Below are positions 55,877 through 64,000 of a stretch of 64,000 bases of DNA, piece after piece. The number at the start of each line of letters is the position of its first letter. Position 1 is the first letter of the stretch. Under the pieces are notes generated by a model. The model did no database searches. It saw only the letters and a list, made by a program, of their open reading frames with translations, and was not told the origin of the DNA. Made by a program: the position numbers and the translations under genes. This DNA is from Octopus vulgaris. Lineage: Eukaryota. The stretch lies in contig OX597832.1 in NCBI GenBank assembly GCA_951406725.2, positions 48,298,001-48,362,000 on the forward strand, given 5' to 3'.

Positions 55877-56299
55877 TATGACATACATACGTACATATAT
55901 ACACATATATGTGTGTGCCTGTGCATGCAGGCTCTAGCCTTGGTGAACAATTCCAGCCTGAATTGGTCAACAGATACAACCACATTTGACATATAGGAAC
56001 AGTCACCATCATCATCATTACAACATTTACTGAGAGAGAGAGAAAGAGAGACAGAGTGGAAGGGAGAGAGAGACACAGACAGAGACAGAGACAGAGAGAG
56101 AAAGAGAGAGAGCGTCTAAGATCTCTTACAGTATTGATGATAAATGTCGCTTGTATGGTGTAACAATACACCGCATTGTATAAGGATGTCCTAGATTAGC
56201 TCTCACGAAATATAACCGAGGACGCTCACGTAATGAAGCTGCATTATATAAGATTATGCTTGGTCATCCAATTTCACCTCCTGAGAAAATAATTCACAG

Positions 56300-56735
56300 C
56301 AGGCGTAGGAGTGGCTGTGTGGTAAGTAGCTTGTTTACGAACCACATGGTTCTGGGTTGCAATGGCCCAGTGGTTAGGGCAGCGGACTCGCGGTCATAGG
56401 ATTGCGGTTTCGATTCCCAGACCGGGCGTTGTGAGTGTTTATTGAGCGAAAACACCTAAAAAGCTCCACGAGGCTCCGGCAGGGGATGGTGGTGATCCCT
56501 GCTGTACTCTTTCACCACAACTTTCTCTCACTCTTACTTCCTGTTTCTGTTGTACCTGTATTTCAAGGGGCCGGCCTTGTCACTCTCTGTGTCACGCTGA
56601 ATATCCCCGAGAACTGCGTTAGGGGTGGACGTGTCTGTGGAGTGCTCGGCCACTTGCACGTTATTTTAACGAGCAGGCTGTTCCGTTGATTCGGATCAAC
56701 CGGAACCCTCATCGTCGTAACCGACGGAGTGCTTC
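56300..56735 (+). mobile_element. SINE-A head (56300-56358) fused to SINE-C (56359-56735)
   Basis: Abrupt switch at ctgggtt|gcaatggcccagtgg. Confidence 0.85.
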
Positions 56736-56899
56736 CATAATCTGGGTTCGAGAAGGAATATTTATTTATGTATGTTTGCATCAGAATGTAGAAATACTCG
56801 AGTTGGTGTCTGAGGATGCAGTAAGCTCACTGGAAATGAGAGACCTCTGGCCTTTTTCAAGGCATCCCTCTGGGAGAAGGCTAACTCGTATATATCCGA

Positions 56900-57250
56900 A
56901 AGAACGAAAGGCAAAATCGACCCCGTGGGAATTTGAACTCAGAACGTAGCAAGAGACGAAATACTGCTAAGCATTTCGCCTGGCTTGCTAACGATTCTCC
57001 CAGCTCGCTGCCTTCATCTCTATCACAATAATAATGATTTTAAATGTTGGTACAAGGCCAGGAATTTTTGGGGAGAGGTAAGTCGATTACATTGATTCCA
57101 TTGCTCAACTGGTACTTATTTTATAGATCACGAAAGGATGAAAGGTATAGTCAACCTCAGCGGAAATTGAACTCAGAATGTTGAAATGGAAAAAAATGCC
57201 GCGAGCCATTTTTTTCCGGTGCGGTAACGATTCTGCCAGTTCGCCGCCTT
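56900..57250 (-). mobile_element. Two diverged SINE-B copies
   Basis: Heads at ~57012 and ~57250. Confidence 0.75.
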
Positions 57251-57384
57251 AAACCTGTTATCACAATAATGATAATGATGATGATAATAATAATAATAAT
57301 AATAATAATGATAGAAAGTTTCTTTCCATCTAATATATACGTGCCTTGGGTCGGAAGATGAAATAAAATGCAAATCAAATCGGA

Positions 57385-57471
<87 letters not shown>

Positions 57472-58032
57472 TAATAAATAATAAATAATGACAACAACAA
57501 CAGAAGCCAAAATCACAAGAGTCAGCAATAACAGTAAGAACAACCACAAGAGAACACAACAACGAAATTTAAACAACAATCAGAACAACAGCAGCATCAA
57601 CAACAACAACGTCAACAACAACATTCGAATCACTAGTAATGTGATATCGAACCAAAAGAATTAAGATAGAATGTAGAGATATAATATAATGGATACCAGT
57701 AAAGCGATTCATAATGGTTTTTGTAATCCGGCGTTAATTTTATTTAATTCTTGCATATTTTTTGTTGAATATGTTGCAATTTCTTCCAATTTTTTTTTTC
57801 TTAGAGTTGCAGAAGATTTCATCTGCAATTCTTTTTTTTTTGTCCGTTAGCAATATATAAATAAGTGAATGAATACATAAAATCAGATTGTGTTACATAG
57901 GAGAATACGTATATAGGTTTTTGTCTGTGATATTCAGTAGTCTGATTGTTTTTGGTCTAAGGTTTCGATAAATGCGATGAAATGTTATTATATTCAATAT
58001 ATTTTTATTGCGAAGTCGTATGCTGGTAACAG

Positions 58033-58103
<71 letters not shown>

Positions 58104-58136
58104 TATATATAATATATATAGAAATATATATGTATA

Positions 58137-58173
<37 letters not shown>

Positions 58174-58282
58174 ATGTATGCATGTATATACATATATATA
58201 TGTATGTATGCATGCATGTATATGTATGTATATGCATGTATATGTTTTTATGTATATGTATATATATATATGCATATATATG

Positions 58283-58317
<35 letters not shown>

Positions 58318-58540
58318 GCACGCACAGACATATACATACATATACACACATATATACAAATACACATATATATACCTATAAATGTATATATAGTATATAC
58401 ACACGTGTGTATGTAAGCATGTGAGTATAGATGTGCGTGTGTGTATATATATATGTATATATATATATATGTACATGTATATATGTGTGTATATGTATAT
58501 ATATGTATATGCATATATACATTTATATATATACATATAC

Positions 58541-58577
<37 letters not shown>

Positions 58578-58639
58578 CACACACATATATATATATATAT
58601 ACATACACACACATACGAACAAACGCACAGACACATACA

Positions 58640-58699
<60 letters not shown>

Positions 58700-58969
58700 G
58701 ACACATATATATAGTGTTTATGGAAATATATAATTCAGTTATATTAAATAGGAACAGTATAAAATAAAAAATATGACCATGTATGCATCGTGACAGGCAA
58801 AGTTACTGTGGTATTCATACAGAGGTAACATCTAAGGACGTACTGTCATCAGAAACACAATATATATATATGCAAGGGAATGATTTTAATGCATATAAGA
58901 TATTTTTATTCAGTTGAGCGGCTATTCGCAATACCAGCAAGTGTTTTTCACTGTTTTTTTATATATATA

Positions 58970-59367
58970 CTAGCAGTATCGCCCGGCGTTGCTCGGGTTT
59001 GGAAGGGAAATAACTATATAAGCATTTTTAGAGAGTTATAGCCAAAAAATAGCAAAAAATGCATTAAAAATGGAAAAAAAAATGATAGTAAATTTTTTTA
59101 AAAATCGTTGACTCATCGTAGACATTTTTAGAGAGTTACTTCCCTTATATAATAGCGTAAAAAATGCATCAAAATGGAAAAAATGATGGTAAATTTTTTT
59201 TTAAATCGTAGACTCATCGTAGACGCGCGCTAATACCCAGAAGGGCTCGATATAAATCACGACTATAAGATACCCGGTTTTGGTTAAACTGCACCGCAAA
59301 ATGTGGGAGTAGTTAGGAACCTAAATCGTAGGAGACAGACACACAACCTTACTTTTATATATAAAGA
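58970..59367 (-). mobile_element. Non-autonomous Helitron, second copy with an internal tandem duplication
   Basis: Reverse complement of 16847-17234, with the same TC...hairpin...CTAG termini. Confidence 0.85.
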
Positions 59368-59989
59368 TATATCGGAAGCGTAGAATCTCGTTAAATCACG
59401 TGCTCGACTAGGATTGCACGCCATTAGCACGGCCCACCGAAACCGAAATGCATCTGATGATCTCGTTAGTCGCTGCTTGCACGATTTTTGTTTTCCTTCC
59501 TGTATATATTGTGTATCTAAACGTCGAGTTCTATAAGAAATCCTTAAAGCTCACAGGCAGCGAATTAGCGCAGTCGTAAGAGCATTGGATAAAATACATT
59601 GGGCTAACTGTACTTGGTCCCTGAGTTAATTTCCTGGTGGTAGGTAAATAAAATATCAATTATGTATTAAGGTCTTAAAAAAATAACAGATTGGAGGAAT
59701 CGTTAAAACGCAAAATAGAATTACTCGGCAGTATTCGTTGCAATTCCCTTTACTCTGATTTCGAATCGCTTTCCTTCTTTCTCTGTTGTATACACCCCTC
59801 TCTCTCTTTCTTTGTCTCCTTATCTCTATCTCGTTTCTGACATTCTCAAAATGCAACGAGATAAGGTCATGGGGGCTACTGACAGAGGCCCTTTTCCAGA
59901 AACGAAGAAAAGTCGAACGAGGAACTATGCAATATCTCATAGGGAGGAAGAAAACCTGGCGGTTAACAAACTCGCTTTGGAACCACTCG

Positions 59990-60178
59990 ATTTCAAGTTC
60001 AGTCCCACAGCGCTGCGTCTTGGGTGAGTATCTCTTACTATAACCCTAGGCTGATCAATGTCTTGTAAGTGAATTTAGTAAACGAAAACTGTGTGGAAGT
60101 CCATCATCTATCTATCTGCCTGTCTATATGTATGTCTGTGTGCGCGCACGTGTGTGATATATGTGTATTGTGTTGTGA

Positions 60179-60210
<32 letters not shown>

Positions 60211-60430
60211 TGAGCGTGGCTGTCTTTGTGATGCTGTTTGTCCATCCACTACTTGACAACCAGAGTTTGTTTGTTTATGTTCGTGTAACTTAGTGGATCA
60301 GCAAAAGAGTGCAACAGAGCGATAACCAGACTTTAAAAAAAAATAAGCACTTGGGTCGATTTGATCGATTTAAACCCTTCAAGGTGGCGGTCTAGCATGG
60401 CCGCAGTCCAATGACCGAAGCAAGCGAATG
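59990..60430 (+). mobile_element. Old diverged SINE-A
   Basis: gttcagtcccacagcg...cttgacaacc...gcatggccgcagtccaatgac. Confidence 0.65.
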
Positions 60431-60504
60431 AGAAAAGATAAATGATAAAGATAAACGATGCTAGAAGGGAACTGTCCAATGATGGATGTGCATAAACAAA
60501 TAAG

Positions 60505-60535
<31 letters not shown>

Positions 60536-61215
60536 ATATGTAGGAATAAAAAAAATGTATTAGAAAAGAATTGTTGCAATTAATAGCAGAGTTCCCAGTC
60601 CATATATTATACGTATTTCCTTTCAGGTCTTCCGTAGAAGAAAGTTGGCCACCGTCATTTTGTGAAACCTTCTACGACACCATGACAACGACAGCCATTT
60701 TGAAATGAATATCTCACAGTAAAGGCTGAAACAAAAGAACAATTAACATTTCTCTTCTGAAACCGGTGTTGCAATTTAAGATTACACTCGCTTCACCTTG
60801 AAACTGTGCTCAGATGACCGGAAGGGGTTGTATGAAATCGATTTTATGTTACCTCGGAGTAGAAGGGATGGTAGCTGGGTGGAAGGTAATTTGATCTTAC
60901 GACATACGATTTCAGATCACACTCTCTCTCTCTCTCTCAAAGCATGTACTCTGTTCATTGTATTTTATCACTTCCACATAAGATGTAGTAGAAGCAGCAG
61001 CAGCAGTGGTAGTAGTGGTTGTACCAGTAGCAGAAGTATTATTATTATTATTCTGAAGGCGGCGAGTTGGCAGAATCGTTAGCACGCCGGGCGAAATGCT
61101 TAGTGGTATTTCGTTTGCCGTTACGTTCTGAGTTCAAATTCCACCGAGGTCGACTCTGCCTTTCAGTAGCAGTAGTAGTAGTAGTAGTGTTAGTAGTAGT
61201 AGTAGTAGTAGCAGC

Positions 61216-61246
<31 letters not shown>

Positions 61247-61536
61247 ATAGCAGTAGTATGGCAAAAGCATACGTCACCAGGTCCAGATCTCAAGCTCGGG
61301 TTTAAGACTATTGGGTAATACGAAACCGAGTTCAGATTATTGGAATGTAACTTGAAACGAGGCTTGAAGCAGGGGATTGAGATCCTTACACCGGCGGTGT
61401 TCGGTGTTCGGGGGGGGGGGAACACTGCATCACAATGAGGCTATTCTTCTCTTTCCTGGTAAAACAGTAACAACAACAGTTACAACATCAATATTAATTA
61501 AAACCAACCCAAGATAGGGTTAGAGAATAGACAGTA

Positions 61537-61755
61537 TCAGAATCGTTAGCACGCTGGGCGAAATGCTTAGCGGTATTTCGTCTGTCGTTACGTTGTGAGT
61601 TCAAATTCCGCCGAGATCGACTTTGCCTTTCATCCTTTCGGGATCGATAAATTAAGTACCAGTTACGAACTGGGATCGATATAATCGACTTAATACCTAT
61701 GTCTGTCCTTGTTTGTCCCCTCTATGTTTAGCCCCTTGTGGGTAGTAAAGAAATA
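61537..61755 (+). mobile_element. SINE-B long-tail copy
   Basis: Family motifs. Confidence 0.85.
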
Positions 61756-61842
61756 AGTATTGTATCCAGCCAAGTAAGCTACTTCGAGACATATCTGTTT
61801 TTTTGTGGTAAATACAATAACACAAATAACAATAACTCTTTC

Positions 61843-61879
<37 letters not shown>

Positions 61880-61880
<1 letters not shown>

Positions 61881-62282
61881 TAATCCTTTCTATTATAGGT
61901 ATAAGGCCTGAAATTTGAGGGTAGGGGTGAAGTTGATTATATCGAATCCAGGACTCAACTGGTACTTAATTTGTCGACCCCGAAAGGATGAAAGGCAAAA
62001 TCGACATCGGCGGAATTTGAACTCAGAACGCAGCGACAGGCGAAATACCTATTTCTTTACTACCCACAAGGGGCTAAACACAGAGAGGACAAACAAGGGC
62101 AGACAAACGGATTAAGTCGATTATATCGACCCCAGTGCGTAACTGGTACTTATTTAATCGACCCCGAAAGGATGAAAGGCAAAGTCGACCTCGGTAGAAT
62201 TTGAACTCAGAACGTACCAGCAGACGAAATACGGCTACGCATTTCGCCCGGCGTGCTAACGTTTCTGCCAGCTCGCCGCCTT
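61880..62282 (-). mobile_element. Long-tail SINE-B joined to the body of a short-tail SINE-B
   Basis: Junction aaagaaata|ggtatttcg at 62049/62050; the distal unit ends in caggccttatacc...gaaaggatta. Confidence 0.9.
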
Positions 62283-62313
62283 AATAGTAATAGTAATAAT
62301 AGAAATAATAATA

Positions 62314-62348
<35 letters not shown>

Positions 62349-62500
62349 AGTGTTCGGCAGACATTAAAGAGAACAGCAAGATTAAAAAAGATCGGTTCAT
62401 TAAGTGCAAGGGAGAAATTAAGTGTACTTAATTCTGAAATTACGGAGGAGGAAATAATGACGGAATATTCATGAAGTATGGGAATATGGAGTCTAGAGGA

Positions 62501-62700
62501 TGCCGCCGCCGTCATCGCCGCCATCGCCGCTACCACCGCCGCCACCGCCGCCACCGCCGCCACCGCCGCCACCGCCGCCACTGCCGCCGCCGCCGTCGTC
62601 ATCGCCGCCATCGCCGCCGTCATCGCCGGCACCGCCGCCGTCATCGCCTCCACCGCCGCCGTCATCGCCTCCACCGCCGCTGCCTTCGCTACCGCCATCA
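62501..62700. repeat. GC-rich (GCC)n compound trinucleotide repeat
   Basis: Direct reading. Confidence 0.9.
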
Positions 62701-62889
62701 CAGCCTCTTTATGACTCATACCCTTCGATCACCAGGTAAAACAAAGGGAGATAAAAGTCCCGATGCGTCCTACCAACATGTTGTTCAATGCTCACTGTTA
62801 AGGTTTCAAGTTCATCATTCGATATCTTAATAAAAAAACCAACGTTTCGACTATACACAAACACGTATGCTCTTTCTCATCCCCTCATA

Positions 62890-63493
62890 TATTTCTTTAC
62901 TACCCACAAGGGGCTAAACACAGAGGGGACAAACAAGGACAGACAACGGGATTAAGCCGATTACATCGACCCCAGTGCGTAACTGGTACTTTATTTATCG
63001 ACCCCGAAAGGATGAAAGGCAAAGTCGACCTCGGTTGAATTTGAACTCAGAACGTAACGGCAGACGAAATACCTATTTCTTTATTACCCACAAGGGGCTA
63101 AACACAGAGGGGACAAACAAGGACAGACATAGGTTTTAAGTCGATTACATCGACCCCAATGCGTAACTGGTACTTAATTTATCGATCCCGAAAGGATGAA
63201 AGGCAAAGTCGCCCTAGGCGGAATTTGAACTCATAACGTAACGGCAGACGAAATACCTATTTCTTTATTACCCACAAGGGGCTAAACACAGAGGGGACAA
63301 ACAAGGACAGACAACGGGATTAAGCCAATTACATCGACCCCAGTGCGTAACTGGTACTTTATTTATCGACCCCGAAAGGATGAAAGGCAAAGTCGACTCG
63401 GCGGAATTTGAACTCAGAACGTAACGGCAGACGAAATACCGCGCTAAGCATTTCGCCCGGCGTGCTAACGATTCTGCCAGCTCGCCGCCTTTT
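62890..63493 (-). mobile_element. SINE-B trimer flanked by one 16-bp TSD
   Basis: Junctions at 63257/8 and 63073/4 (184-bp period); tcatcccctcatatat at 62877-62892 and 63494-63509. Confidence 0.92.
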
Positions 63494-64000
63494 TCATCCC
63501 CTCATATATCTTGTTCAATACAGTCTTAATTTACTGAAATTTATAAAAAAAAAACAAAAAAACAAAGACAAAAACTGGTACTCCGTCAGTTACAAAGACG
63601 TGGATTCCAGCTGATGCGATGAGCGGAACAGCTTGCTCATGAAATTAACGTGTATGTGGCTGAGCACTCCACCGACACGCTTGCCCATAACGCTTGCCCA
63701 TATGGGGTAGAAAGGGCTCCTTAACCGTAGTGAAGGCAATCTATCTAGGGAGATAACCTTACAATAAATCACTCGTTCCGTAGCTTAGAAATACTGGGTT
63801 GACGTCCAGCGGGAACAGCTTTGTTTCATGGAGGAGGAAAGATCTTCTTTAGTATTTGGTTATACAATGCTTTCCAATGTGTGTAGTAGTGGCGCGCGCA
63901 CACATTATTAGCCATTTGAAAAGACTATGAAAGTCTCGACCACGGTCGAACAATGATGATGATGATGATAACGTAGTTCCCAGAGAGGTTCAGCGTAACA

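Noticed and set aside
60610-60745. Unique island with acceptor-like sites on both strands
   Set aside because: All frames are short and no protein is recognisable; it could be UTR or intergenic.
62207-62830. Ala-, Pro-, Arg/His- or Gly/Asp-rich ORFs
   Set aside because: All frames are open because of (GCC)n; flanked by SINEs, with no convincing splice or homology evidence.

Overview
Repeat-dominated, AT-rich animal genomic DNA. The SINE families and extreme microsatellite load look like an octopus/coleoid cephalopod genome (inferred, not proven). No complete host gene is recognisable, and nearly all ORFs in the track are translations of (TA)n, (CA)n, (TATG)n, (TCTA)n and (ATT)n arrays. Real content: (1) four or five tRNA-derived SINE families in dozens of copies; (2) non-LTR retrotransposon remnants: a 2.3 kb R4/Dong-like RT + restriction-like endonuclease copy and a second fragment, both in (TAA)n, another REL-type 3' end at (TATG)n, a Tx1/L1-like 3' end in (TCTA)n, and CR1- and RTE-type 3' ends; (3) Penelope-like RT and GIY-YIG remnants and several minimal hammerhead-ribozyme motifs; (4) an internally deleted mariner, a long-TIR MITE with an 8-bp TSD, and two non-autonomous Helitrons; (5) a degenerate tRNA-Phe(GAA); (6) a 244-bp palindrome and several local duplications, one probably an assembly artefact; (7) two weak candidate exons on the minus strand. 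The most interesting pattern is a SINE whose 3' tail matches the 3' end of the Tx1-like LINE and which forms 184-bp head-truncated concatemers with the same junction at five separate loci. This suggests site-specific insertion into its own family.
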